Source of the DNA: a virus | Taxonomy: Duplodnaviria; Caudoviricetes | Direction: 5' to 3' (one strand) | Virus record (IMG/VR): IMGVR_UViG_3300022602_000025 | DNA length: 64,000 nucleotides | Shown: piece by piece, positions 20,801 to 28,693 of the stretch | Layout of the letters: each line of letters begins with the position of its first letter | How positions within the stretch are numbered: the stretch's first letter is position 1 | Notes under the pieces: generated by a model | Database searches by the model: none | Seen by the model: the letters and a program-made list of their open reading frames with translations, nothing else | Told to the model about the DNA's origin: nothing | Made by a program: the position numbers and the translations under genes

Positions 20801-22574
20801 CTAAAACAGGATCTGCTGTTCCAGTTCCTCGAGTATAACCAAATATTGCTGTACCTACGAAAGAACTATTATAGATTGTTTGATCAGAGTACTTGTTGCC
20901 ACTGTTATCAAATAACTCGTACAATGGTGCTTGATTTAATGAAGTTTTTTGTTGGCCGAATTGCCATACTACTCCATCATACCACCAATTTGTGCCTTGA
21001 TAGCTTGTACCTCTTGTTACTACTAAGGAATCGTTAAGTGAAGGATCGGCGTCTGCCGCTTCTTCAAGGTTAACAATAACATTATTTCCAGCGGTTACAT
21101 ACTTAACTTCAAATACTTTACCTTTAACTAAAGGATCTGTGTCTGCGTTGAAAATAACTCTAAATCCTTGTTCAACTAATACACCATCAATATAAAATCC
21201 AGGTGAACCTTCAAATGTAGCGATAGCATCTTTAGTTACAGTATCAATTAAATCTACGTTAGGTTTACTGTTTGCACCAAAGTTGAATAATTGAATGTCT
21301 GGCTGGAATTCAATGATAGGACGTTGTGCTCTCATTGCTGTATCATAAACAGGAGGAACTCCGTTTACTTCAGCCACAGCAGCAATTACGTCAGCATGAA
21401 CCCAACGATTGTAACGGCTCCATGGATTTTTATCTTTAGAAGCACGATTAATTGTTACGTATTCAGGAACTAATGGAACATTCGCAAAATCATCAAACGG
21501 ATATTGATCAAAAGGAGTAGCATCAAAGTTTGTATCTAGTGTATTGATCACAAGACCTGCGTTAGATAAACTATCAAAGTCAACTAATTTGATCGCAGTT
21601 CCTACACCTTCAATAATAAATTCTTTATCTTGATATGTGCTAGGTGTTATTGCGCCAGCAAAATGGATTTTCATTCCATTAGAAAATGTAACTCCATTAC
21701 CTGAAATATAAGATTGCTTACCAATAATATCTTTTTCAATATCAATTACTGTATCTTCTGCCAATGCTTTAACATTAATTTGTCCAACGGCATTTGCATT
21801 ACCTTGTGCAAAATAAAATAATATGTCAGGAGTTGTATTATCAATGGTTAGTATAACTTGTCCATTGGCTGTACCGTTGCCTGTCGCATTAGAATATAAA
21901 TCATTTACAGTTTTAGTATAAGCTGTCTTAATATAGAAAGGATACTTACTGTTAACATTGAATACATAAGTTAATCCTCTGTATAATGTTAGTAAAGGAT
22001 TACTTGTTAAGCCGTCAGGAGTGAATACTAGTCCCTGACCGTCTGAACTATCTGTAACGGTATATGTACTTTGTGTTTGTTTTTGTTGACCTGTGATTTC
22101 TACGCTATCAGTACCTGTTGGCAACCAATAGTACTCGCGGAAATTTACAAACTTATCCCAATCAATCATTGGATCGTATGAATACGAACGAGGACGGAAC
22201 AATCTGTCAAGATTATTTGTGTTTGCTCCGTAGAAATTTAATTGATTGATTAAATCGTCAAACCCAGAACTTAAACTGAACTGATTATTTTGATCTTTAA
22301 CAACTAGAGATGGTTGTAACTGATATGCGTTTCTTAAAGCAGTACCGCTATCAATGTAGTTGTCTGTTTCAGGATTATATGTTGGAGTTAATTTATCTCC
22401 CATAAATCCGTTAATACGCTCTAGTTGAGGTTGTTGTATTAATTGATCTAATGTGCTTGCTAAGAATTTAGTGTTTTTATCTGTTCTTAGATAGCCAGGC
22501 AACAGGTCGGATGAGCGACGAGTGTTAGACGGGTTGTTAACGTCAACAGGGTTATTAATATCGTTACTTGCCAT
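8898..22574 (-). CDS. Giant (4558 aa) baseplate wedge/fibre-fusion structural protein in the gp7 position
   Basis: Directly downstream of and translationally coupled (TAATG at 22574) to the gp6-like gene. Contains FG-GAP-like blades, CBM5/12-like motifs and several (V/I)xxPGxGYxxxPxV repeats seen in large T4-like phage virion proteins. Confidence 0.7.
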   Translation of the reverse strand: MASNDINNPVDVNNPSNTRRSSDLLPGYLRTDKNTKFLASTLDQLIQQPQLERINGFMGDKLTPTYNPETDNYIDSGTALRNAYQLQPSLVVKDQNNQFSLSSGFDDLINQLNFYGANTNNLDRLFRPRSYSYDPMIDWDKFVNFREYYWLPTGTDSVEITGQQKQTQSTYTVTDSSDGQGLVFTPDGLTSNPLLTLYRGLTYVFNVNSKYPFYIKTAYTKTVNDLYSNATGNGTANGQVILTIDNTTPDILFYFAQGNANAVGQINVKALAEDTVIDIEKDIIGKQSYISGNGVTFSNGMKIHFAGAITPSTYQDKEFIIEGVGTAIKLVDFDSLSNAGLVINTLDTNFDATPFDQYPFDDFANVPLVPEYVTINRASKDKNPWSRYNRWVHADVIAAVAEVNGVPPVYDTAMRAQRPIIEFQPDIQLFNFGANSKPNVDLIDTVTKDAIATFEGSPGFYIDGVLVEQGFRVIFNADTDPLVKGKVFEVKYVTAGNNVIVNLEEAADADPSLNDSLVVTRGTSYQGTNWWYDGVVWQFGQQKTSLNQAPLYELFDNSGNKYSDQTIYNSSFVGTAIFGYTRGTGTADPVLGFPLTYKNVSNVGDYLFSNFFTTDTFTTYDLGVLSTLSVADGFLKVNNDNGEEYRNVWIKSNDKAIPILQFQVVEQATPYIEINAIDDAGFASDLAVDVFVNNVKIINNVDYTIGQNLNKAFIVPTNEFASGDAVLFKIYTAQPANSNGYYEPPINLTNNPLNGPIGSFTFTELSDHVSTIVENNDLFVGSFPGNSNLRDLSNLSAYGSRLVQHIDPLVFAHYFLGNQKNNIVDAIRKVAFDYNQFKTSLIKQVTGLTEVYTPAQALDIALTNLNSGKDLTFPYTYTDMLGHGNNYVERVYTVTNKRVKNFSLISSFDQTVLSERAILVYLTSASDSTKTPVLLTNGYDYTIDPNIATIYVNATISVGDVITIRDYTSTVGSYVPPTPTKLGLYPAFKPSIFVDDTYITPTKVIQGHDGSVTVAYGDYRDAILLEYETRIYNNLKVKFNPDLLTPYETLPGAFRSNDYSLADIDNILVADFLKWVGFFSVDYQTNSSYDELNPFTYNYTGSVDSVTGQALSGSWRSIYKYYYDTDRPHVAPWEMLGFTEMPSWWTSMYGAAPYTSGNGILWGDLETGRINGVINPLFARPGLSKIIPVDDMGELLDPTTIGLATSPVPDLTDPNRIVVLRSTEISANWVFGDQGPAETAWRRSSYWPFVQQVLLALTRPSSYAATMFDTSRMVINLAGQISYQTSTNNIETINPATVAEFLYRNNTGIEGRILASGYSVFVIETNLVKNQNYLTQLSSDLTNLNYNLMVKLGGFASKDKLTVSIDAVDPTSPYPGVLIPAEDYSIFFNQSATTQSLSISGIIVQKTPSGFIFRGYDKYSPYFTILQPYATNVDQYETVGGTTEAYLTWSQNTTYQAGQIVFYTDRYYRVTITHNSDTAFNATYYQVLPYLPTVGGISVIKKTSFGTTPVVIPYGTEFTTLQDAYDAIIGYGQWLISQGFVFDEYNTDLGQILDWNFSGREFLFWTTQNWNANSVITLSPFANKLVLSSSTGVVDNLLNEFYEYSLLKADGSPFPVNSFTVVRLDGITTVSTVNTTDGLFYARLNLVQKEHVIVFNNLTLFNDVVYDIESGYRQHRINLKGFRTSNWNGDFFSPGFIFDQAIINDWQQYTDYSIGDVVRFAGKYYSAPARITGSASFVLNQWIQLDTKPTPNLLPNFDYKIGQFEDFYSLDIDNFDAGQQAAAQHLVGYTPRPYLNYIIGDPIAQYKFYQGYIREKGTKSPLTKLSKSLLNKFKNNIDFKEEWAFRIGEYGGYNTYQELETTLSNSSFYENPQIVSFVSSVPVDNTGTIYYKTESDLVVKPLDYDVAQTFITSDISQADSQIKIPVAGYVRFDDITVTAFNYNSVLDIANNKGLLEGDTIWLGNTPAGSWDVLRVTQIPTYIVNVAFDIPGVSLIFSTYYTHQLSVGDIISVSRVAGGIDRIYVVSQILSPTDFVVNSTLSTLPALTVPLSGLLFAFKSSRLATLDNLADVPFLDRWKDGEKVWVDTISGDATSPQWAVFEKTNNYSSVAYSTGIKSVAQHFGATIYSNSNIDKIVVSAPDFYDTVTGNYGRVYILSKNPGSTPLPLFNYSLNDATGSYYTGTTNSFGSSLYFDATLQLSIASAPTASGVKTYTTGTIAFAVPTATASGYVEQGIVKLSLINYNLLEEVGQIAITTPHHGDNANFGASLVAAPNSTSTTLMVGAPGEYTAAGSVYVYNVGATTSTIYVTPNASVTLQHTLAHQPPVGSLFGYSMSGNADLSRVAVSAPGYPVFDTLGNTVRVGAVYVYNFASTSTEAQLILGNDTTIFPAAFTETDSFGDTVKMSQDGNYLFIGSPSATDQVRGTKSGIVDVLVWSTDTNKYVFSQRIHAPISSNDISFGHDISIDELNRLVVIASLGNSKTTNTSFDVYSERLANSFVKYGSIYINDSTSDERKRKTTFDSGSTKFFSQIKNAGAVHAYNKADVATKWSFSQELFDQSVISDSLYGQSVLATQNSVFVGSPGNIVYNANNNGQIFEFDKIDETVNGWLQARTQDALVNLSAIDSAVTIDSTTAQIKDYIDVIDPVKGQFLGTAQEELRYTSPFDPATYSIGTGTVVINANANWTNEHVGELWWDLSTVKYVWYEQGELEYRKNNWNTVFPGSSIDVYEWVSSTYRPSEWAAIADTSDGLAQGISGQPKFTDNSTVSVAQKYNAQTGQFVNIYYFWVKNKTVVPSIKNRRISAFEVAQFIKNPLSSGQPYLGIIGPTAVMLANIKNSIVGDTINLKISFDTIPDAAPRHTEWAIITEDDPAGVNVNALVTKLVDSLLGYDAQGNPVPDPTLPDKLKYGLEIRPRQSMFVNRIEAVRNLIEYTNSIVINLLLLGNISYDNLNAKDPLPTADMYDQLVEDIYTRDLISTKSLRTAVLAANIDTNGLISSVTIVDPGYGYLVAPTISVVGDTSGASLQAIINVSGEVVGIDILNSGMNFTSAPYLYVRPYTVVVQTDNTIGGKWAVYEWDQNYQTWSRTQTQSYDTTQYWSYAHWSDSTFNPLVQVVSTVPSLYVLQVLQDIPTGSYVKVLDGGYGFFNILRKTDGNGGTFDPNWDLIFVENGTIKILDKIWNESLTTYAFDEQVGFDQTEFDQGVVKEAFFIINAIVNDIFNGPTNFYNTRLWFKAVKYALTEQKFLDWAFKTTFISVTNDAGSLDQRPTYKLQNSQYYEQFLNEIKPYHTKVRKFTEQYTSTEYSASFTSDFDLPAIYNTTTQNYNKIEFGNSLLAQYPWKSWYDNFTFGVQSIIVANGGANYTQVPNIEIISAPGDLGFGATAQAYITGGTISSIVVTNPGLGYSSTPTVVINGGGSTNLTTATAYAQLGQGTETGFIQSRDGAGNVRLMTMGLKFDRVASYDASGNVITEIGSTSTFTDSFVGDGEKDIFRLTWLPSPDKKEIVVYRNSVLQTIDQFNITLNESVYQPQPNTSYRKKYGYLVLNFIPVAGEVITVTYPKSLDLYTAVDRINYFYQPGSGMPGTDYDQLMSGMSYAGLNIDTLPFSYSAGFDSVPFGSTTWDNYASEVGYYSYSLTTTTSAPPFIIPDIIPGGSSPTQVNTYVQIGTAPAVRLDGPSNVVPTLIGRGTAAVDKVVLTNPGLGYVYSTTQVTISAPNSVNGTQAVASFTLNDDGSFASIGVSDYTRGRGYTSTPVVTITGNSTVQAYASAFLRAEFTTATNIANTFTSLTIPDAAFTASNTSTLVIFRYSTSDGTVLPSDTDTLDAVISGGLISDGQLSGALGTTPSEIVLDGGNGFLSTINSPAPEEHVPGSVHESVGITVFTQPAASSAVISTKRYWSDGITQTFALGAEPVNLDSVLVLLNDTKLTVNVDYTIDFSNKLLTFTSSTPAQGWLTLTVFVGGSIGLLDYYETVTTNATTVYLSSVRYTDVGSIYITIDGVAYQSYNLDSYRSRARVSISQPGTIQVYLFRGTTKSFSEVVEQVVNITTTTTSIGLTQPPGNVGPFHSQVIVTKNGLRLTPPITTYYQVANNQTTFDISQSVTLPSKRTDLKSLEVYVNGALIPTSDWVFDQPNKQIIFSDNYLNTGDVVAIVVKVGHDYVVQNGLVVLTKPARNLDVIRITTFTNHDPDLIRSERYVGHATNTYVMQRPVFNSSYVWVAYNGKPLTVNVDYRVEADGQTVVIDDKFYTGGSDAVVITSFANLSATHLVGYRIFDDIFGNASYKRISAQNSTFLTQDLTSTATNIFVQDGSVLSTPNIAFNRPGVILVNGERIEFFQISGNVLAQLRRGTYGTTPPAVHSSGTQVLDQGSEQTIPFQEFTQYYSTVTTTSTQTTFYIGENITFNTSTKVVTTSSGKVVTILNTNLADQVEVKYGGRRLLKAGLSTVVHDFDLSYDSTSTADTSVSPEFTVTTSSLTLNFTPDPGVKLEVTRRISQIWYNPNSTVTLAENLTPQAEFLIERPAQLPQGTAPFSNVASDLYIILETGQYLLDENGVPLQGA

Positions 22575-25500
22575 TAGTAAACAGTTCCATTTGTATTAGT
22601 AATAATAGGTGAAGTTGAATTTATAGATGCGGCTGTAAGTGCATCAATGATTTCAATATCGGTAGCTTGCGCCCCACTAATTAAGATTTCATTTGATTGA
22701 CATGAAATTTCGTATAGGCTACCAAAAGGTAAACTTGCATTCTTTGGAACGATTACAAAGTTTACAATATCTGGTGTCATTGTATTTAAAACATAAGTGG
22801 CCAGCTCACCAAAATTAAATGATTGGCCGAATGTCCAGTTGTCGATGCTGAAGAAACTATTAATCGCAGCTAAAATTCTAGTAGTTAAATCGTTGGTACT
22901 TGTAACTACACCAGGATTTGAAACTGCCTTAAATGTTGCTTGTAGATTTGGATCTGCTTTTGATCCAAATAATACCTTATAGCTAGCAGGACGATACACA
23001 ATCGTATCAGAAATAGATTTAATTGGTTCTAGAGCGTTAGCAAAATTTTCTTCTAAACTAGAACTAGTAGGAGCTAGCGGCAATGTTGCTGTAGCTCCTG
23101 ACAAATAACTGCGGAACGCAGAATCATAACTGTTTGTTAAAATGTAAATGTCAATAATATTTGTTTTGCTTGGATCTAAACGGCGTTCTTCGCCTGTGTT
23201 ATGCTGATAGTGGAATTTAATATTAGCTCTACCTGACTTAGCAAAATAACCAGTGTTAAGCACGAATGTTCTAGATGTTGGATCAAAGTTTTTAATCACA
23301 TCTGGTTGATAAAAATAATATAAAGTATCAGCACTTAGTGGTTCAACACTTGGTGTTGACACATAAGCGGCAAACGCAGCATCTTCATTAGGATAAGCAT
23401 GTACTGGAGTTATAGAAGTATCAACAATAGAATATCTATTTCCGTCTGAACTTAGTTGGAAATAAACAAACTTATCATTATAAGAAGTTTGTGCATTTAC
23501 AGAATTAGGATCAACAATGATATTAAACGCATCTGGATTATCAATCTGACCATCGTTATTCGCATCGTAAAAACCTATAACAACTTTCTTAGGTTCAACA
23601 TACCCATCAAATTCTACAACACTTGATTCTATTTGCCAACGATAATCAACACCTAATGCTGTAGTGCTTGTATTCAATGAGTTAACTGATAGTACATCAA
23701 TTTGGTCTTTGATTGTACGACCGTTCACATAATCATAATTGTTATTATCGTAGTTTACAAAGAACGCTGTTTGATTAGCACTTTCAAATATATAATTCAA
23801 TAATCTATAAGATACTGTGTAATTAGACCCGTTCCATGCAAACAAGATCAACCAACTAGCATCTTTTTGTATGTTTGCTGTGTCGCCTTGATATGTTAAA
23901 CTAAAAGGCGATGTCATATCAAGATTAGAATTGACAATAATAAACCATTGACGTGTATTTTTATCAAAACTTAAACCAAAGTTCTGTTGTGATAAGCATA
24001 GTACGGCTATCTGAGCTTGGAAGGCAACACTAAGAGTAGTAATCAATGTAGGTATAACTTCTACAGGAATCGCACCGCTAGGAATTTTTCCAGATAATAC
24101 AACTGGACCTATTCCTGTTACTAGATTTCCTTTACCTTGATTTGAACCATCTCCTACAACATTTATAACAGTATCCCACATAAACAAAGAAGTTGTGCTG
24201 TCTGGGTTAATTGTTAGTGTGCCGTCTGCAGTAAAATACTTCTGAACACCATTTTCAATAGGTGCTTTAAATTTAATCATTGCACCCGGTGTAATATAGG
24301 TAGCATTGTTGTTGCTGAAGTATCCTAATTGAACAGGAGACCCGCTGAACTGATCTTGAAAATAACCAGTTGTTTGTGCTGTTGTTACAGTAGTCTTATT
24401 CCACTGATAGTTTAACAGTGAAAGTTGTGGACGTGGATAAAAGTCTGTACTAAAGTACCAATTCTTAAATGTGTTTGATCTAATAATCGGTGCTAGTTGA
24501 GAATTAATTGCAGCATACACATCGTTAGCTGTTTGGAATGAAAAATCAAAACTAGGTTGTGCTTCTTCTCTATAAATTATTCCGTCTTTAGCAAAAATAT
24601 CAGTACTAGAATACTGTCCACTGATGTCGCTTAATTCAAAATATTTTGAGATACCGCTACTGATGCGGTTAACACTAGAAATTTTAAGAATGTCATTACT
24701 GATAGACAGAGGAGCGATATTATAATCTTCCCCTGTGATCATTCTGTTTTGCAGATAATAAGTCTGCGGAGCATTCTGTTTGATGCTGGCTAATGATTCT
24801 GGACCACTACTGTTAGTTACAGTATATTGTAGGCTAAGTGTTAATGTAAGTTTTTGTGCAACACCAGATTTATTAACATAAGGAATGGTAATATTAATAC
24901 CAGCCATTTGATCTGGAGTGATTGAATATGTTCTTCCATTACTTTGTCTATAAAATAAAACAAAGTTACCTTTAGGCAAGTCAGCAAAGCTACCATCAGC
25001 AAAGTTTAAATCAATCTGATCGTTAGCTCTTGAAGTAACTGTATAAAGTGTTCTTGTGTTATTTGCAATATTGTTATAGATAACATTGTTGCCAACTAAC
25101 GCATCAACTCGTGTCCATAAGGTCTTATAATTGCCGTTAGCATCTAATTGCCATAGCCATACATCATCGTTATTGATGCCGTTGGCATTGATACCAATAA
25201 TTTCGTTAGCAACAGGATTGTTGATTGAAAACCTAGTTGATGCTAATGTGCCTTGGCGGAAATATGTAAAGAATCCTGTATTTGCTGATCCTGCGCCTTT
25301 ATTGTCGTTTTGAAAAATATAGCTAAATGACTCCGCAGGCTTTGGCGGAGTTTCATAAACATACGTTTGACCTGAGAACGCGGCTCCAGACAATTCAAAT
25401 GTTGTTGGAATGCCGTTGATAGGTTTTGTAATTGTATATACTGGTACATCAACGTTTGTACTGTTAACCTGATATTGATCAGTTGACACGCCGTTTACTA

Positions 25501-26029
25501 CCGCAGAGTCTGATGGTGTACCAAATGATGTGCCGTTAGGCATAGCAGAATTTAAAATACTAACAAACTGTTGATACCAGTTCGCATTAGCAGGGTCATT
25601 CCACCCAATAACTTGGTTAGCTAGATTAAGACCGTTGTTATCAAAAATATTATCTGTGGTTGAAATAGCAGAAATTTTTAATAGTCCGCTGGCAGGTATA
25701 TTACGCTTAGGATTATAACTGATTAACTGTGCAAGACGTAGAACACTATCTTGTCGCTGTGCTGTTTCTAGGAAGTTTTCACGGGCATTTAAGTCAATAC
25801 GGAAACTTAAATTCTGGCCAAGATAAGCAATAAGATCAATGAGAGCGATATATTCGCTAGAATCAATATAGTCATTAAATTCTTCTGGGTAGGTTTCACG
25901 TAGATACGTGATCATTGTGCGGCGCAGAGTGTCAAAGTCATAGCTTTGGAAGTCTGCGTTGCGGAAACTTTGGTAGATCTTAGTCCAATCTTCTGCGACT
26001 AGTAGTTGTGAGTTGGTTGCTGGTATCAT
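22574..26029 (-). CDS. gp6: Baseplate wedge subunit, T4 gp6-like
   Basis: 1151 aa. N-terminus YDFDTLRRTMITYLRETYPEEFNDYIDSSE...LIDLIAYLGQNLSFRIDLNARENFLETA..RDSVLRLAQLISYNPKR and ESLASIKQNAPQTYYLQNRMITGEDY are hallmark gp6/baseplate-J motifs. Follows gp25. Confidence 0.9.
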   Translation of the reverse strand: MIPATNSQLLVAEDWTKIYQSFRNADFQSYDFDTLRRTMITYLRETYPEEFNDYIDSSEYIALIDLIAYLGQNLSFRIDLNARENFLETAQRQDSVLRLAQLISYNPKRNIPASGLLKISAISTTDNIFDNNGLNLANQVIGWNDPANANWYQQFVSILNSAMPNGTSFGTPSDSAVVNGVSTDQYQVNSTNVDVPVYTITKPINGIPTTFELSGAAFSGQTYVYETPPKPAESFSYIFQNDNKGAGSANTGFFTYFRQGTLASTRFSINNPVANEIIGINANGINNDDVWLWQLDANGNYKTLWTRVDALVGNNVIYNNIANNTRTLYTVTSRANDQIDLNFADGSFADLPKGNFVLFYRQSNGRTYSITPDQMAGINITIPYVNKSGVAQKLTLTLSLQYTVTNSSGPESLASIKQNAPQTYYLQNRMITGEDYNIAPLSISNDILKISSVNRISSGISKYFELSDISGQYSSTDIFAKDGIIYREEAQPSFDFSFQTANDVYAAINSQLAPIIRSNTFKNWYFSTDFYPRPQLSLLNYQWNKTTVTTAQTTGYFQDQFSGSPVQLGYFSNNNATYITPGAMIKFKAPIENGVQKYFTADGTLTINPDSTTSLFMWDTVINVVGDGSNQGKGNLVTGIGPVVLSGKIPSGAIPVEVIPTLITTLSVAFQAQIAVLCLSQQNFGLSFDKNTRQWFIIVNSNLDMTSPFSLTYQGDTANIQKDASWLILFAWNGSNYTVSYRLLNYIFESANQTAFFVNYDNNNYDYVNGRTIKDQIDVLSVNSLNTSTTALGVDYRWQIESSVVEFDGYVEPKKVVIGFYDANNDGQIDNPDAFNIIVDPNSVNAQTSYNDKFVYFQLSSDGNRYSIVDTSITPVHAYPNEDAAFAAYVSTPSVEPLSADTLYYFYQPDVIKNFDPTSRTFVLNTGYFAKSGRANIKFHYQHNTGEERRLDPSKTNIIDIYILTNSYDSAFRSYLSGATATLPLAPTSSSLEENFANALEPIKSISDTIVYRPASYKVLFGSKADPNLQATFKAVSNPGVVTSTNDLTTRILAAINSFFSIDNWTFGQSFNFGELATYVLNTMTPDIVNFVIVPKNASLPFGSLYEISCQSNEILISGAQATDIEIIDALTAASINSTSPIITNTNGTVY

Positions 26030-26082
26030 ATGTTATCAATTGTCCTAGATAACATATTTATTGAAAAAATTATATTGGTATA

Positions 26083-26523
26083 TTATTGTTGTGTAACTAT
26101 GCCAAGTTCTTTGTCAAACGATAAGCTCATTTTTTGGCTAACATCAAAGTTTTTATAGAACAGCGTAGCTTCAATTACCATGCCCATATCGGCTTCTGTA
26201 ATTAAAATTTGTGTAGGTGTTACCCTAGGATCTTCGTTTAAAATACGAGTTACATCGTTGCTGATTAATTGCTTAACATCATCAGTAAAAGGTTCGTAAA
26301 TTAGGCTCCAAATAACTGTCCCAAAGTTAGGATTCATTACTCTTTCGCCTTTTCTTGTTTGAAATTGATTGATAATATCCTGTTGTATCAAAGGAAAATC
26401 ATACAATTTAGTAGTCAATGCAGCATCATTAACACTACTAAAGCCTTTATAGAATTGGCTTTGTTGTGCTTGACGTTGATTACTAACGTTTCCAGGATTA
26501 ATTACAATATTTTTATAAGTCAT
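26083..26523 (-). CDS. gp25: Baseplate wedge subunit, T4 gp25-like (sheath initiator)
   Basis: 146 aa. LIQQDIINQFQTRKGERVMNPNFGTVIWSLIYEP...EDPRV motif, located between spike and gp6. Confidence 0.9.
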   Translation of the reverse strand: MTYKNIVINPGNVSNQRQAQQSQFYKGFSSVNDAALTTKLYDFPLIQQDIINQFQTRKGERVMNPNFGTVIWSLIYEPFTDDVKQLISNDVTRILNEDPRVTPTQILITEADMGMVIEATLFYKNFDVSQKMSLSFDKELGIVTQQ

Positions 26524-26533
26524 GACCTAATAT

Positions 26534-28690
26534 TTATACTGCGGTTACTTTAAGATCTGGTACTGTAGTACCGCTAGCTTCAAGTACAGCTAGCACTTCA
26601 CGGCGATGTTTGCTAACAACGTCTAATACCATTGAAGGTGTAAAATATCCCTTCTTAGGTGCTGGATCAAAACCACCGTTGGCAAAATACCAACCTGAGG
26701 TTTTAGGATTACTTCCGTCTGCTATCTTGTCATTAGGACCTGCAAATCTAAGAGCAGGCAATAAGATAGTTAGATAAATGTTGGCTAACGTTGGATTAGG
26801 ACAAGCAGAACTTGGCCATCCCCACTTGTTAAAATACTTAAGGACCCAGTCCATCTGTGCCACACGGCCTAACTGACCTAACGCACTAGTTGTTGTTCCT
26901 AAACTAGTTGCGGCTGCTGTACCAAACTGTATAAGTCCTGTATAACCTAAATTATTAGTAATTGAAGGGTCGAACGTTCTATTACTTTCTAAGTTCATAC
27001 AAGCTAGTAAATCAATAGGATCAAACTTTAGTGCGCCTGCTATAGATTTAACTTTATCCAGGAATGGTTGATCTGTTGACCACGGGAATACTTGATTGTG
27101 TACTGAACCTCTATCTTTTGTAGATCCTTTAATTGCAGGATATGACGGGTTAGAACTCGCTCCGCCAGGAATTACAGCACCGTTTGCGGCTACTTGAGCA
27201 GGAGTAACACTAGTGTCTGTTTTGTCTAAACTAAACTGAACAGGATTAATATTTTCATGTTGATCCCAAGGCTCATGGCTAGGTATACGTTGCATAATAG
27301 ACGCAAGATCTGCGGCTTTATAGAATACACCATTAGCCCAAGAACGCTGTCCGTCTCGCTGAGGAACAGCAAATAGTGTTAGTGGTGTTGGACTTGCTGC
27401 AGGTGTTGCTGATATTGCACCAGGTGCTGTAGGACCATTTAAATCAATACGTCCTGCAGATGCTAGAATATTGCCTCCAGATAAACCTAAATCACCATTA
27501 GCACTAAGAGCCAATGTATCTGCTGTACCAATACTCATTTGACCTGCGGCTGTATAACGACCTTCACCGCCTGCGTTGTTGTTTATGTTAGCGGTAGCGG
27601 ATATGGCAACATTTCCTGTAACATTTAAATTAAAGTCTTTAGTTGTGCCTATTTTTATTCCGTCACTAATAATATCAATTTCGTCTCCTGAATTGATATT
27701 AACTTTACCTTCATTAGTTGCAATATTAAAATTACGACCTGCTTCTAAATTAAAATCTCGATCAGCATGGAAGTTAAAGTCGCCTTTAGTACGAATACTA
27801 ATAGAATCTTCACCGTACACATCAATCTTACCAGCACTAGTAAGTTCTATCCATGCTGTGCCTCCAGAATTCGCTATGTAGATCAAATCACTACTATTGT
27901 GTAGTAAGATCTGATGACCTGTTCTAGTACGAATACGTACTAATTCATTTAGGCCATCTTTGTCTCCGTCATCCATAACAAAGGTTGTTCCGCCTAAACG
28001 GCTAACAGGTGCTGTCACACTTGGAGTAATTTGCTTTTTAGGTGCTGTAGAATCAACAGGTCCTGGGGTTGAAATACCATATACTTGGCTAGGTACTTCA
28101 CGTCTGGCACTACTAGATGTAGGTCCTCTGATCGTATCTAATATTAAGCCTTGCTTCAATAATACATCTGCAAACGGATGTACAGGTTTTGTAAAAGTGT
28201 CAGGTGCAGGTATTTGACCATCTCTACTTTTCTTATGATATTCTGCAACAGGTAAGTATCGTGTGCCGTACTTTGTTTCTTGCTCAGGAGTTAGTGCTAC
28301 ATATTCGCTGGCCGCAAGACCCGGAATCATATGATTCTGATATTGATCAGATATACATCCCATCCAGAAACCGCTGTTAACATCGCCGTCTAGGAAAATA
28401 ACCATAATGGTTGTTCCTACGTCCGGAGGAATCATCCAGAATCCGTAAGATTTCTGTACATCATTAAAATTTGAACTATCGTTGCCTTCAAACTTTATCG
28501 AACTTACACCGCTAAATGGACTACAATATCTAAAAGGAAGATTCGTACCATCAAGTTCAGGAACACCAGGAATTGATCTAACTAGAGTTGCTTCTAACAT
28601 ACCCATATAAGTTGTGTCAAGATGGTTTGTTACCTTGGCCAAGTATGGACCAGGTGCTATCCTAACATTTATATTACGAGTATTTTCCAT
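26534..28690 (-). CDS. gp5: Baseplate central spike (gp5/VgrG-like) with C-terminal lysozyme/lytic-transglycosylase-like domain
   Basis: 718 aa. OB-fold motif GFWMIPPDVGTTIMVIFLDGD...FWMG, then a beta-helix region (IRTRTGHQILLH...WIELTSAGKIDVY). C-terminal LLACMNLESNRTFDP...YTGLIQFG resembles the SLT/lysozyme-like catalytic core. Confidence 0.8.
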   Translation of the reverse strand: MENTRNINVRIAPGPYLAKVTNHLDTTYMGMLEATLVRSIPGVPELDGTNLPFRYCSPFSGVSSIKFEGNDSSNFNDVQKSYGFWMIPPDVGTTIMVIFLDGDVNSGFWMGCISDQYQNHMIPGLAASEYVALTPEQETKYGTRYLPVAEYHKKSRDGQIPAPDTFTKPVHPFADVLLKQGLILDTIRGPTSSSARREVPSQVYGISTPGPVDSTAPKKQITPSVTAPVSRLGGTTFVMDDGDKDGLNELVRIRTRTGHQILLHNSSDLIYIANSGGTAWIELTSAGKIDVYGEDSISIRTKGDFNFHADRDFNLEAGRNFNIATNEGKVNINSGDEIDIISDGIKIGTTKDFNLNVTGNVAISATANINNNAGGEGRYTAAGQMSIGTADTLALSANGDLGLSGGNILASAGRIDLNGPTAPGAISATPAASPTPLTLFAVPQRDGQRSWANGVFYKAADLASIMQRIPSHEPWDQHENINPVQFSLDKTDTSVTPAQVAANGAVIPGGASSNPSYPAIKGSTKDRGSVHNQVFPWSTDQPFLDKVKSIAGALKFDPIDLLACMNLESNRTFDPSITNNLGYTGLIQFGTAAATSLGTTTSALGQLGRVAQMDWVLKYFNKWGWPSSACPNPTLANIYLTILLPALRFAGPNDKIADGSNPKTSGWYFANGGFDPAPKKGYFTPSMVLDVVSKHRREVLAVLEASGTTVPDLKVTAV

Positions 28691-28693
28691 TCA

